A stretch of DNA of 64,000 bases, taken from NCBI RefSeq assembly GCF_009914755.1, contig NC_060933.1; one strand, 5' to 3'. Origin of the DNA: the human T2T-CHM13v2.0 reference genome, Homo sapiens. Position numbers and translations under genes: made by a program. Numbering within the stretch: the stretch's first letter is position 1; every line of letters starts with the position of its first letter. Positions 28,082 to 41,680 of this stretch are shown in pieces. The notes under the pieces were generated by a model. The model saw only the letters and a list, made by a program, of their open reading frames with translations. It had not been told where the DNA came from and did not search any database.

Positions 28082-28386
28082 CTTTTTTTTTTTTTTTTTG
28101 AGACAAGGTCTTGCTCTGTTGCCCAGGCTGAAATGCAGTGGCACGATTATAGCTCACTGCAGCTTCTAACTCTTGGGCTCAAGCAATCATCCTTCCTGCC
28201 TCAGCCTCTTGAGTAGCGAGGACTATAGGCACACGCCACCATGCCCAGCTAATTTTTAAATTTTTTTGTAGAGACAAGGTCTCACTTTTTGTTGCCCAAA
28301 TTTGTCTCAAACTCCTGGCCTCAAGCAATCCTCCCAACTCAGCCTTCCAAAGTGTTGGGATTACAGGTGTGAGCCACTGCACCCAA
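28082..28386 (-). mobile_element. AluJ (complete; donor of the 171-bp duplication)
   Basis: Poly-T, gagacaaggtcttgc...gagccactgcacccaa. Confidence 0.9.
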
Positions 28387-28431
28387 TGATACCTGCAAAT
28401 CTAAATAGCTCCTAGAACATTCTTTTATAAG
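28261..28431 (+). repeat. 171-bp direct repeat, copy 2
   Basis: Identical to 27093-27263. Confidence 0.93.
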
Positions 28432-28578
28432 ATTAGTTTGGTGAGATGTTGTTTAACTACTTTAATATTTTGCCATAGCTAAGTTCTAAGTTTGAATTGG
28501 TTTTTAAAATTGCTTTTAAACATTTTTCTTTTGCAGATAATAGGATTTTTTAGGATAAAGACATATTGGCATGAATAT

Positions 28579-28982
<404 letters not shown>

Positions 28983-29462
28983 TTATAAGATAAAAAAAGT
29001 AGTTAAAGTAATTGGTATAAATTTTAAATTAGCATTGTTGCTATCACTGTGCTAGTTCCTGTTAAATTTCCTTCTATATAGTTAAATGTATTTATAATGT
29101 ATATACAAAAGCAAATAATATTATATTTTTTAGTAACGTATTTTATTGTTATGAAGCTTTTGACTATATTTCAAAACTATAGGGGAAAATGTCCAACAAA
29201 AGATGTTAATAAATTATGATAAACCTCTAAGGATTATTCAGTAACAATTAGGGTAATATTTATGAAGACATTTCAAAATGGCAAGTAAAATTTAATAAGG
29301 CTAGCTAGTACAGCCTTTTTCGAAATAGTAAGATCACGCTGCATTTAAAATTTTTTTAATTTATACTTTTCTATGTTTTCCTAATTTTCCAAAATGAGCA
29401 TCCATTACTTTTACAATCGGAAATGAATTACTAAAACAGAAAGAAAAAAATCAGTGCTGTTT

Positions 29463-29744
29463 CTCAGTTTCCCAAGTAGCTGGGACTATGGGCACACACT
29501 GCCACACCTGGCTAATCTCTTTCGTATTTTAGTAGAGACGGGGTTTCACCATGTTGCCCAGGCTGGTCTCCAACTCCTGAGTTCAGGCAATCTGCCCGCC
29601 TCGGCCTTCCAAAATGCTAGGATTACAGGCATGAGCCACCTGGGAACCTGGGAGGTAGAGGTTGCAATGAGCCAAGATCACGCCACTGCACTCCAGCCTG
29701 GGTGACAGAGTGAGACTCCGTCTCTACAAAAACAAACAAAAAAA
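29463..29744. mobile_element. Alu with 5' inversion (antisense 29463-29640, sense 29644-29744), TSD agtgctgttt
   Basis: The two pieces cover complementary, non-overlapping parts of one Alu. Confidence 0.8.
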
Positions 29745-30104
29745 AGTGCTGTTTTTTCTATGATAAGGGCACTTAATAAAAGTTGGTGATGGATAACTTA
29801 ATTATTGAATTTGCATGCCTGATGTCATTAACCATAGAATATCCTTCCTGAAAGTATTTCCTTTCTTGGCTCAGTGATACTTTTCTGTCTATATTATACA
29901 CCTTCATGACTACTCAAGTGATTCTTCTTTTTGTGCCCACTCTTAAAATAATTATTTTTATTGGTTTGAATTTAGTTTCATTTTCTTGATTCTCTTCTCA
30001 TAGGAAATATTCAGAACAGATGAGTTATCTGTCATATGTGTTTATGATTTTCAAATCCATAATCGTAAATTCGACTTATTTCTCCTTTGCCCTGAAGTCA
30101 TTTT

Positions 30105-30888
30105 TGTTGTATCAGAGTTCAGTGAGGAGAGAGAAAGTACTGAGTAATTTGAAGAGGACAAATTTAATATAAAGAATTACCAACTATAAGAGGAGACTGG
30201 AGTAACAAGGGACTGTCTCATAAAAATGCTAAAGATATAGACAGAAGAAACATCCCCTACCCTAGGGCTAAGACGGGGTGCCCAAAAGAGAGGGTCCCCC
30301 TCCTTCAGGACTGAGTTGTAGACCTTGTTGGAGGACATAGCGTGGCTTATTGAATGGCAGGAAATTATCTGTGGTGCTGTGCCAGCAAAACCTGTTGGTA
30401 CTTCACTCTCTGGAACTTTCTGGAAATTACTTTTAGGGAGCCTCATGGAGGGGTGTCTCTCTGAATGCACTCCAGTACAAAACTGCCTTAGCAAGGTGCT
30501 GGGGGAAGTTGCTGGCATCTGGCTGCATCTAGCTGCCATGTACTGCATAAGGCCGGTGCTGAAGAACTCCGTGCTGGAGGAACCAGACACTGCAGAAGCT
30601 ACCGGTTCTGTAGGAGCTGGGTGTGGGAGAAGCCGTGTTCTTGCAGGAGTCTATTGAATGAACATACTGGAACCAGGCAGCATAACTCTTTCCTCCTGCA
30701 GTGTCTCTCCAGTGTCCTCTACTGATAAAGCTTAACATTACGCCAGCTGGAAAAAGAAAAAAAAATTTTTTTTCTCTACATTCTCTGCCTTCAAAGGAAA
30801 CATATTTAAAGATCCCCAAATCATTTTTCAGAGCAGGCTATGAAGGAGAAGTTTGGAGCTCAGAAGTAAAAAATTGATAACTGGCATA
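30105..30888 (-). mobile_element. LTR41-like ERVL LTR
   Basis: Minus strand ccagctggcgtaatgttaagctttatcagtagaggacactggagagacactgcaggagg; homologous to 58415-59381. Confidence 0.55.
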
Positions 30889-31233
30889 CCTGTTGGAGAG
30901 CGAAGGGGGAATGAAGGGTTTCTTTTTGTTTGTGTTTATATTTAATCAGGGAGATGACAGCTTGTTTTTAGGCTGAGATGGGAATGATCCAGTAGAACAT
31001 GACAAATTGACGATGCAGGAGAAACGGGGGACAGTTTCTGGATTGATGTAGGTGAAAGAGAATGGTGTCTAGTACGCAAGTGAAGAGCTTTGCTGCATAT
31101 AGGAGCATAGTTAATTTATATGATAGAGTTTAGTTGTGAGAGAAGTCCTTATACTGAGTAGATGAGTAGATATGGTGATAAGAGTTGATGTAAATTCTCT
31201 TCTGAGCTCTTCAATTAAAAAATATGTATCTGA

Positions 31234-31696
31234 GGTATGTTAGGGTTCTCTAGAGGGACAGAACTAATAGGACAGGTGTATATTTAAAGATGAGTTTATT
31301 AAGGAGTATTGACTCACATGATCACAAGGTGAGATCCCTTAAATAGGCCATCTGCAAGCTGAGGAGCAAGGAAGCCAGTCTGAGTCCCAAAGCTGAAGAA
31401 TTTGGAGTTTGAGAAGAAGAATTTGAATGTTTGAGGGCAGGAAGCATCCAGCACAGGAGAAAGATGTAGGCTCAGAGGCTAAGCCACTCTGGTCTTTCCA
31501 TGTTCATCTGCCTGCTTTTATTCTGGCCATGCTGGCAGCTGATTAGATTGTGCCCACCCAGATTGAGGGTGGGTCTGCCCTTCCCAGTCCACTGACTCAA
31601 ATGTTAATCTTCTTTGGCAACACCATCAGACACACCCAGGAACAGAAGTTGCATCTTTCAATACAATTGAGTTGACAGTCAATATTAACCATTACA
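31234..31696 (-). mobile_element. MLT2A LTR (ERVL)
   Basis: agggttctctagagggacagaactaatagga...ttgacagtcaatattaaccattaca. Confidence 0.85.
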
Positions 31697-31894
31697 TGAG
31701 ATGTTGGAGGTTTTTGGAGGGAAAAGAGGGTATGAAATAGGAATGCTAGGGGAGTGAGAGAGTGAAATGACGAGGGCAGTATTCTCAAAGTATGGTTCAA
31801 ACTAGCAACATCATTTAGAAATGCAGATTTCTAGGGCCTTTCCCAGACCTCCTGAATAAGAACCTCTGGAGGTGAAGCTCAGCATTTGATGTTT

Positions 31895-33122
<1,228 letters not shown>

Positions 33123-34538
33123 TTGATATTTTAATAATCTCTCCAGGTGATTCTAATGAATACTAAAGTTTGAGAACCACTCAGATAGACTAGGGTTCAA
33201 TAAGGTTCTCATACTTTGAGAACATTGCCTTTTTTTTTTTTTTTTGGAAAGGGACATGTAGTAAGTTAAATATTTTACATTTTGCAGGCCATATACAGTT
33301 CCTGACACATTCCTCTTTGTTTCTTTTAAACAACTCTAAAAGTGTATGAATCATCTTTGGCTCACTGGCTATACAAAAATAGGCTGTAGCATGGATTTGG
33401 ATGATTCCTGGACTGAAGGACTGTTGTGTAATTGCTCAGCAGCATTAAGGATGCACTTGAGATTTATGACACTAAAGTGAGACCCAGCAGTATGTTTTTA
33501 CCCCCGGCCGTGTTCAGCTCCTTAGGGGCACTGTGGAGTTAAGTTGGTTACTCCACACTGACGAAGTGAGAAGTTAAGGAGTCTATGCAAAGGAATGATT
33601 AAAATAACTGATGGTGGAACTTCAGTAAGGTGGGGATGGACTGAGGATGTGAAGCAGAGGTGAAGGGCAGAGAAAGGTTGGAGGATCAGTGAATTGTAGG
33701 TCCAGGGTAGCTTCTGTCACCAGCCACTAAATTTATTTATTTCTTCTGCTTTTTTTTTTCAATGTAAGAAGAAATACAGAAGAAAGAACAAGATCTTTAA
33801 GCATTTATTTATATTCAAATGAACATATTCTTGAATGTTTAATGTTTAAGAAATTAAATGTTAGTCCATATCAATGATTAAAATAAAAGGAATATATCAT
33901 CTTTATATACAGATTAGCTTATAATTTAATGATGGATCTTTGTCTAGATTCTGCTATTACTGGTCTTCCTCTGAATTGTTCTTATTCTTTTTGGCACCAA
34001 ACACAAAGAGTTGAGAGGAATTTATCTTAGATTATGGGTTCAGCCAAGCAGGTAATCCAGAGCAAACTTTCACTCTTCATCTCTCTCCTTTTACCAATTA
34101 AAAGGAAGAACACAGATGGATCTAGAGAAATTGATCAGAAATTCAGAAATTATAATTATATAATGGAAACCAGTGTTAATCCTCTTAGCATTTCTAATGT
34201 TCATTCATTCTGTAAAACTGTGTACTTGTATTAAAACTATTTTTTTGATTTTTTTTTTCTTAAAATGTTTCTGCTTTTAAGTATCATATTGGTATTTTGA
34301 GGGGGAGTTCAATTTGCCTTTATTGTATTTATGGAAGACAGTGAATTTTAAGTAGGAAAAAGATAAAGAATCTTCTCCACACATGGTTCATCTGACTGAA
34401 CCATGGCAGTGTGAACATCTGGGAACTGTAGAAGGGGTATAAAATAAATGGAAATCAGTGTTTTCAACTTCATCACTTTATTGCCTTGAGACTTTGGAAA
34501 TATAACTCAGTTTTTTTTCCATTTTTATTATTTTTCAG

Positions 34539-34666
34539 TATTTCGTCCCATATCTGCTAATGCCAAACTTGTGATGAATCGCCGATCTGATTTTGACTTT
34601 TCTGCCCCCAAAATAAACTTGGAAATTGAGTTACATAACATAGCAATTGAATTTAATAAACCACAG
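34539..34666 (+). CDS. VPS13A: VPS13A exon 11 (128 nt; VFRPISANAKLVMNRRSDFDFSAPKINLEIELHNIAIEFNKPQ)
   Basis: tttcag|TATTTC...CCACAG|gtgatt. Confidence 0.96.
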
Positions 34667-34861
34667 GTGATTTTCTTTAATATAATTTTCAATTGTGAAT
34701 TATTGTTTGATAAAAGCAAAACTAAGATTTTAAATGTTTCACTAAAATTCATGATGTTATATGGTAGCACATCCCTAAAAAGTCAGTAATGTAACTTTTA
34801 TCTTCAGCAATTGAACAAAAAAATGTGATACATTTAAGAGCTTTAATTTTCCATTCTTTAG

Positions 34862-34968
34862 TATTTCAGTATTATGGAGCTTCTTGAATCAGTTGATATG
34901 ATGGCACAAAATCTGCCATATAGGAAGTTCAAACCTGATGTGCCTCTTCACCACCATGCCAGAGAATG
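34862..34968 (+). CDS. VPS13A: VPS13A exon 12 (107 nt; YFSIMELLESVDMMAQNLPYRKFKPDVPLHHHARE)
   Basis: ctttag|TATTTC...GAATG|gtaaat. Confidence 0.96.
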
Positions 34969-35769
34969 GTAAATGCCTTGATTTTTTTTTTTTTTTAGAT
35001 TTTAAAAATACAACATAAAAATAAATTTCTCGACTTCAAGAATAATCTTTAAGATATACCATTTTTAAGGTCTGATACAAACCATAATTGATTTATAGCT
35101 AGAAATATATGTAGCTGCTTTAGCTTATTGAGTTAATGAAACTGATTTAAGGGATTCTTGCTAACACAGTTTACAACTCGAGATGCTCGAATACCATAGT
35201 TTTCATTTACTATGGACGGGTCAGTATATTTAGAATTATTACAAAAACAAATCCTGGTTTGTTTTCTTGCACTGTCTCTCCCCAACCCCCACCTCAGCTT
35301 CCCTATCAGATACACTGAACCAATATTATTAAACCTGTATTTTAAAAGCTAAAAATGTTACGGAGTCTATGCAGGATAATCCCATTTTAAAACTCAAAAG
35401 TCTTGTTATTCCAGTTTTTAAGCTATTCCCTAGTTTCTAGAAGTTACAATTACTCTTTCAGTTGACTATTTCAGTTATTATTCAGATGACTAAATGTTAT
35501 TTGCCAATTAATGCCTTAACAGTTCTTGTGTAGAACTATATTTAACAAAATGGAGTGATTTTGCTTATTTTCACTTAAGAAAGAGGAAAGATTAATATTG
35601 AATGGATTATTAATGCAAATGGAGTTGGGTAAAAAGGAAGTACTCAGATAATATATCATTTTCCTAATCTTTGTATTATAGTTATGTATGTTGTTAGAGT
35701 AGAAGCAATGTCAGTAATGTTTCATACTGTTGATTTGAGGGTGTTAAATGTTTTTCTTTTTTTAACTAG

Positions 35770-35941
35770 GTGGGCTTATGCTATACATGGCGTTCTTGAA
35801 GTAAATGTTTGCCCCAGGTTATGGATGTGGTCATGGAAGCATATTAGAAAACATAGGCAAAAAGTGAAGCAATATAAAGAACTGTATAAAAAAAAGTTAA
35901 CAAGTAAGAAGCCACCTGGTGAACTTCTCGTGTCTTTGGAG
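35770..35941 (+). CDS. VPS13A: VPS13A exon 13 (172 nt; WWAYAIHGVLEVNVCPRLWMWSWKHIRKHRQKVKQYKELYKKKLTSKKPPGELLVSLE)
   Basis: aactag|GTGGGC...TTGGAG|gttagc; WWAYA motif. Confidence 0.96.
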
Positions 35942-37095
35942 GTTAGCATTTAAAATGAAATTGTTGAGTGTTTTATACTACATAGCTCCTTATTGGTCTT
36001 CAGTGACTGATACTCCCTACCTTTCATTCCAATTTTTATTGACCTTTTCATCTCTTTTACTTAGACTTTTTTGTGCTTCTGTTCTTAACTTCAGCTGAAT
36101 AATACAAGATTTGTTGAAATTCTCCAGTGAGCTTTTGAAATTCGAGATTATTCTCAATCGGAAGGAATTTGGGTTCATGCAAATAGTATGATTATGTCAT
36201 TTTTAACCTCAAAAGTCTAAATAGTGTTTGCTACATTGATTCCAACTTCTCTGTGTTGGTTTCAAAGCCTTTTATGTGTCACCACTACATTTTCCCTATG
36301 TTACAATCTGACCATGCACTAATTTAATGTTTCCTGTACTCTGTATATTTAATGCTCATTCTTTTAGCCACGCCTATGCTCATAAATGCTACCTGCCTTT
36401 ATCTCTCTACCTACTCAATTCTACTCATCCCTGAAGTTCTACTTAAGTCTTAGTGCTTGCATGAATGTCTCTGAATTTTCTGCTTATACAGAGCCCTTTT
36501 TCTCTTAATTTTTGTGGTATCTCTAGTCTCTACCAGTAGTTTTACATTTAATTATCTATCTTGAGATATTATTTTTGTATTAATCTTGTCTTTTAGCATT
36601 ATGACATATTTCAAGAGGGACTCTTTTACAAATTGATGAACTATAGCTTAGAGAGATTAAGGGGAGTTAGTCTCTTGAAGTTAATGTAAACATTCTGAAT
36701 CCAGAATGAATTTCTAATTTATAGATTAGATTGACTTTTACTTTTATTTTCAATGTGGGAGACTTTCTGAAGACCTAGGGCTGTTAGGAATGCCTGGGCT
36801 TAGAGTCTTTGGGGGATGGGTTCAGGTTGTCTTAGTCTTGAATCATAACCTGAGTCCTCCAAGTCTGGATAGGAGAACCCTGAATAAGTTATTCTGAAAT
36901 AATAATGGGTTGTAGTTACTTCTCTTGGGGGAAACATAGTTTGATCATGAAATTCTCAAAAGTAATTATGGGTATGTCAAGATAGCTGTGATGAAAGATT
37001 TAGCTAATCTCAGCTTATTTCAATAGCTATGACAACTATGAAAAGTGTTAAGTATTAAAAACAAGTTTTAAGTGTATCTGGGTCTACTTGAAATA

Positions 37096-39797
37096 CAGGC
37101 ATACTTCACTTTATTGTGCTTTGCAGACATTGTGTTTTTTACAAATTGAAGGTTTGTGGCAACACTGTGTCTAGCAAATCTGTCGGCACCATTTTTCCAA
37201 TAGCATTTATTCCTGTCTATGTGTCACATTTTGGTAATTCCCACAATATTTGAAACTGTTTCATTATTATTATATCTGTTATGATGATCTATGATCAGTG
37301 ATCTTTGCTGTTACTGTTGTAACTGTTTTGGGGTGCCACAAACTGCATCCATATAAGACAGCTGTTAAATTAAGTTTAGACTAAAGCTGCCTCCTTACAT
37401 ATTTTAAGTTTGGCCAAAAGGTTTCTTTGTACGCCATAAACTATAGCTTAAATGGAAGTATAAACAGACTCTAGTCTACTCTTGTGCCAATCACCAAGTT
37501 TTGGCCAATCACATGTGGCCAGTTGTTCAAACCGTGTTCAAATAAGGTGAACACTAAGCTATAACCAAACCAGCTGTTTCTGTACCTCACTTCCATTTTC
37601 TCTATGTCAGTTTCCTTTTTCTGTCCATAAATCTTCCACCGTGTGGCTACACCAGAGTCTCTGAGCCTCTTCTGGCTCTGGAGGCTGCCCAATTTGCAAA
37701 TTGTTCATTGCTTAATTAAATCTTTTAAATGTACTTCGGCTGAAGTTTTTATTCTAACACAGCAAACTTAATAAATGTTGTGCGTGTTCTGACTGTTCTG
37801 CTGACTGGCTGTTTTCCTGACTCCCTCTGCTTGGGCCTCCTTATTCCATGAGATAAAATATTGAAATTAGGCCGATTAATAGCCCTACAAAGGCCTCTAA
37901 GTGTTCAAATATAAGGAAGAATCATACGTCTCTCACTTTAAATTGAAAGTTGGAAATAATTAAGCTTAGTGAGAAAGGCATGTTGAAAGCAGAGATAGGC
38001 CAAAAGCTAGGCTGCTTGTGCCCAATGGTTAGCTGAGTCCTGAAGGAAATTGAAAGTGCTATTCCAGGGAACACATGAATGATAAGAAAGTAAAACAGCC
38101 TGATTACTGATGTGGAGAGTGTTCTAGTGGTCTAGATAGATGAAATCAGCTACAGCATTCCTCTAAGCCTTATCCAGTGCAAGGCCCTAAACATATTCTC
38201 TTCAATACTATAAAGACTGAGAGAGGTGAGGAAGCTGCAGAAGAAAAGTTTGAAGATAGCAGAGATTGGTTCTTGAAGTTTAAGGGAAGAAGCTGTCTCT
38301 ATAACATAAAAGTATAAGGCAAAGAAGAAAGTGCTGATGGAGAAGCTGCAGCAAGTGATCCTGAAGATCTAGCTAAGATCATTGATGAAGGTGGCTATAC
38401 TAAACAGATTTTCAGTGTAGATGTAACAGCCTTTTACTGAGAGAGGATGCCATCTGAACTCTCCTAGCTAGAGTGAAAAAGTTAATATCTGGCCTCAAAG
38501 CTTCAAAGGACAGGCTGACTCTCTTGCTAGATGCTGACGTAGCTAGTGATTTCAGGTTGAAGCCAGTGATTCTTTGCCATTCTGAAACTCTTAGGGCCCT
38601 TAAGAATATGCTAACTCTACTCTGGCTATGCTCTATACACGGAACAGCAAAGCCTGGATGACAACATATCTGTTTACAACATTTTAAACCCAAGCTCAGA
38701 CCTACTGCTCAGTAAAAAAAGATTTTTTTCAAAATATTATTGCTAATAGACAATGCACCTAGTCACCAAAAGCTCTGATAGAGATATACAAAGAGATGAA
38801 TGTTGTTTTCATGCCTGCTAACACCACATCTGTTCTGCCACCCATGGATTGAAGAGTAATTTTAACTTTCAAGTCTTATTATTTAAGAAGTACATTTTGT
38901 AAGATGATAGCTGCCTTATGAAGTAGGCAGCTATCATTCCTCTGATGGATCTGGGCAAAGTAAATTGAAAACCCTCTGGAAAGGATTTGCCATTCTATAT
39001 GCCATTAAGAATATTTGTGAATCATGGGTGGAGGTCAAAATATGAACATTGACAGGTGTTTGGAAGTTGATTCCAACCCTCATGGAAGACCTTGAGAGGT
39101 TCAAGATTTCAGTGGAGAAAGTCACTGCAGATGTGGTGGAAATACGAAGAGAACTAGAAGTGGAGCCTGAACATGTGACTAAATTGCTACAATCTCATGA
39201 TAAAACTTTAACCAATGAGGAGCTGCTTCTTATAGAAGAGCAAAGAAAGTGGTTTCTTGAGATGAAATATACTCCTGGTGAAGATGAGAACATTGTTGAA
39301 ATGACAATTAGAAATTTACATAAAATTAGTTGATAAAGCAGCACTGCTGTTTGAGAGGATTGACTTCAATTTTGAAGGAAATTCTGTAAGTAAAATGCTA
39401 TCAAACAGCGTTGTACGCTACAGATAAATCAGTTGTGAAAAGAAGAGTCAATTGATGTGGCAAACTTCAGTTAAGAGATTGCAATAGCCACCCCAACCTT
39501 CAGCAATCACCACCCTGATGAGTCAGCAGCTATCAACATCGAGGCAAGATCCTCCATCAGCAAAATATTACAACTCGTTGATGGCTCAGATGATTGTTAG
39601 CATTTTTTAGCAATGAAGTATTTTAAAATTAAGGTATTTATGTTGTTTTCTTAAGACAATGCCATTGCACCCTTAATAGACTATAATGTAGTAGGAACAT
39701 AACTTTTATATGCACTGGAAAACCAAAACATTTGTCTGACACTTGCCATACTGTGGTGATCTGGAACTGAATCTGCAGTATCTCTGAGGTATGCCTG
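37096..39797 (+). mobile_element. Near full-length Tigger1 (TcMar) with degenerate transposase, TA TSD
   Basis: TA|caggcatac...gaggtatgcctg|TA; remnants KASKDRLTLLL (38473) and [13 protein letters not shown] (39049). Confidence 0.9.
37363..37759 (+). mobile_element. MER51/MER57-family ERV1 solo LTR nested in Tigger1, 4-bp TSD CAGC
   Basis: tgttaaattaagtttag...ctaaca; CCAAT boxes, CATAAA (37626), ATTAAA (37715); CAGC at 37359-62 and 37760-63. Confidence 0.88.
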
Positions 39798-39865
39798 TAT
39801 CTTAATGATAACATACAGGCTGTACACATAATATGAAGGATTTACGATTATATATCTTTGTATAG

Positions 39866-40133
39866 ATTTTTTTTGAGACAGAGTCTTGCTTTGTCACTCA
39901 GGTTGGAGTGCAGTGGCACCATGACCCCTCAGACTTAAGCTGTCCTCTCATCTCAGCCTCTTAAGTAGCTCGGACTACAGGCATGTGCCACCATGCCTAG
40001 CTAATTTGTATATGTTTTGTAGAGGTTTTGCAGTGTTGCCCAGGCTGGTCTGGAACTCCTGAGTTCAAGTGATTCGCCTGCCTCAGCCTCCCAGAGTGTT
40101 GGGGTTACAGGCATGAGCCACTGTGCTTGGCCT
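39866..40133 (-). mobile_element. AluJ with internal deletion
   Basis: gagacagagtcttgc...ctgtgcttggcc. Confidence 0.85.
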
Positions 40134-40512
40134 TGTAATTATATTTTTAGTTGAAAATGTAACTAATATGTTTACCCTTATCTGTAGTTTAAACCCAAAT
40201 AAAATCATTTTAAACAATGCATGTACATATTTTAATATGTGTTTATAACTTGAAGAGTTTGGAACTCTTTATGCAGAATATGTATTATTTCATTTTTCAA
40301 AAAATTACTCTCTAATTTACTAATTTCCATGCTGATATATGTTCAAGCATTGCTTCCCAGAATTTAACATATGTATTATATTGATGAATGTTCTGTTGTT
40401 TGCTTCCTATTATATCTTTTCTTTAGTGCAGCCATTTGATAGATTATGTGCTTAAGTTAATTATGTAAAGTTATTTTTGTAAAGTTAACACATTTTTGTT
40501 TATATTTTTCAG

Positions 40513-40575
40513 GAGTTGGAAAAAACCTTGGATGTCTTTAATATAACTATAGCTAGACAGACGGCAGAAGTTGAG
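40513..40575 (+). CDS. VPS13A: VPS13A exon 14 (63 nt; ELEKTLDVFNITIARQTAEVE)
   Basis: tttcag|GAGTTG...GTTGAG|gtaatt. Confidence 0.96.
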
Positions 40576-41052
40576 GTAATTCTTGGCTTTTCAATTAGTA
40601 AAAATAATTCTGAATTCCATATAGATATGACAGATGTGATATTATTAATCTTATACTGTAACATATTGTTTCCAAAAAGTGGTTCAATTTGCTTTTTAGT
40701 ATTATAAGAAAATTATTTAATATTTTTTGGCACATCCATTTAAATCAGACAGATTTCTATGGGAAAAAATCTTTCTAAATATTTGGGCTTTTCAAATATT
40801 CAGTTATGAAGGTAAAAGCCAATTTATTTTTTTTCAATCATCATTTCTTATAAGATGGTGGAAAAACTATGTGGTACTCCTAAATTCTTATGTTCGACTA
40901 ATGTTGCAGTTTCTGTGTTCTGTTATTAATGTGTATATTGTTTACATTCATTTTGCTCAAGAGGATAAGTTCTCAGAATGTCTTGCTTATATTTGTTTCA
41001 GTTGCTAAATAAAGGATAATGTGTCATTTATTTGAAAATTTATTCATTTTAG

Positions 41053-41185
41053 GTAAAGAAAGCTGGATACAAAATTTACAAAGAAGGAGTAAAAGATCCA
41101 GAGGATAATAAAGGGTGGTTTAGCTGGCTATGGTCTTGGTCAGAACAAAATACTAATGAACAGCAACCAGATGTTCAACCTGAAA
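41053..41185 (+). CDS. VPS13A: VPS13A exon 15 (133 nt; VKKAGYKIYKEGVKDPEDNKGWFSWLWSWSEQNTNEQQPDVQPE)
   Basis: ttttag|GTAAAG...TGAAA|gtatgt. Confidence 0.96.
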
Positions 41186-41529
41186 GTATGTCCATTTCAT
41201 TTTACAGCATAGTTAATCACTGGGTGTCAAAATAAAGTTTTGCCATTTTTTGCCTAATTAAAGTAAATAGACATTGAAATATATTTATTTAATTATATAT
41301 AAAGTTATTACAAATAAAACTATTAAAACATTGAAAATGTGTATTAGTTTAAAAATAAAAAATAATTTAAAAATCATGCTAGTGCTTACAAAAAGAGCTT
41401 TATGCCCAGAGATTTAGTGAATGCATATAGCACAGTAATAAATAAATAAAAATTCCAAAGTGTTCTCCATTGTAAATTTTTATTGAAGTTGTTTCTTGGA
41501 AAGATTTTTGATTTTTAACTAACAGCTTA

Positions 41530-41680
41530 AGAGTATAGCTTTGGAGGTTTAGAGACTTAGGTATATGTTTTAGATCTATCACTTATTAGCAGTGTGTCTC
41601 TGGCAAGTTATTTAAGTGCACTAAACTTCAGTTTTATCATCTATAACATGGGAGGAAATTACAATGTTAATACTACCTAC
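41530..41680. mobile_element. MIR
   Basis: tctggcaagttatttaagtgcactaaacttcagttttatcatctataacatggg core. Confidence 0.7.

Noticed and set aside
30177-30819. ORFs of 96-137 aa
   Set aside because: Inside an LTR41-like element, with no splice or homology support
34862-34869. Alternative AG 8 nt inside exon 12; CAGGAG at exon 14
   Set aside because: Out of frame or a weak GAG acceptor; nothing in the sequence supports their use
38412-39333. Possible domesticated Tigger transposase
   Set aside because: Multiple stops and frameshifts
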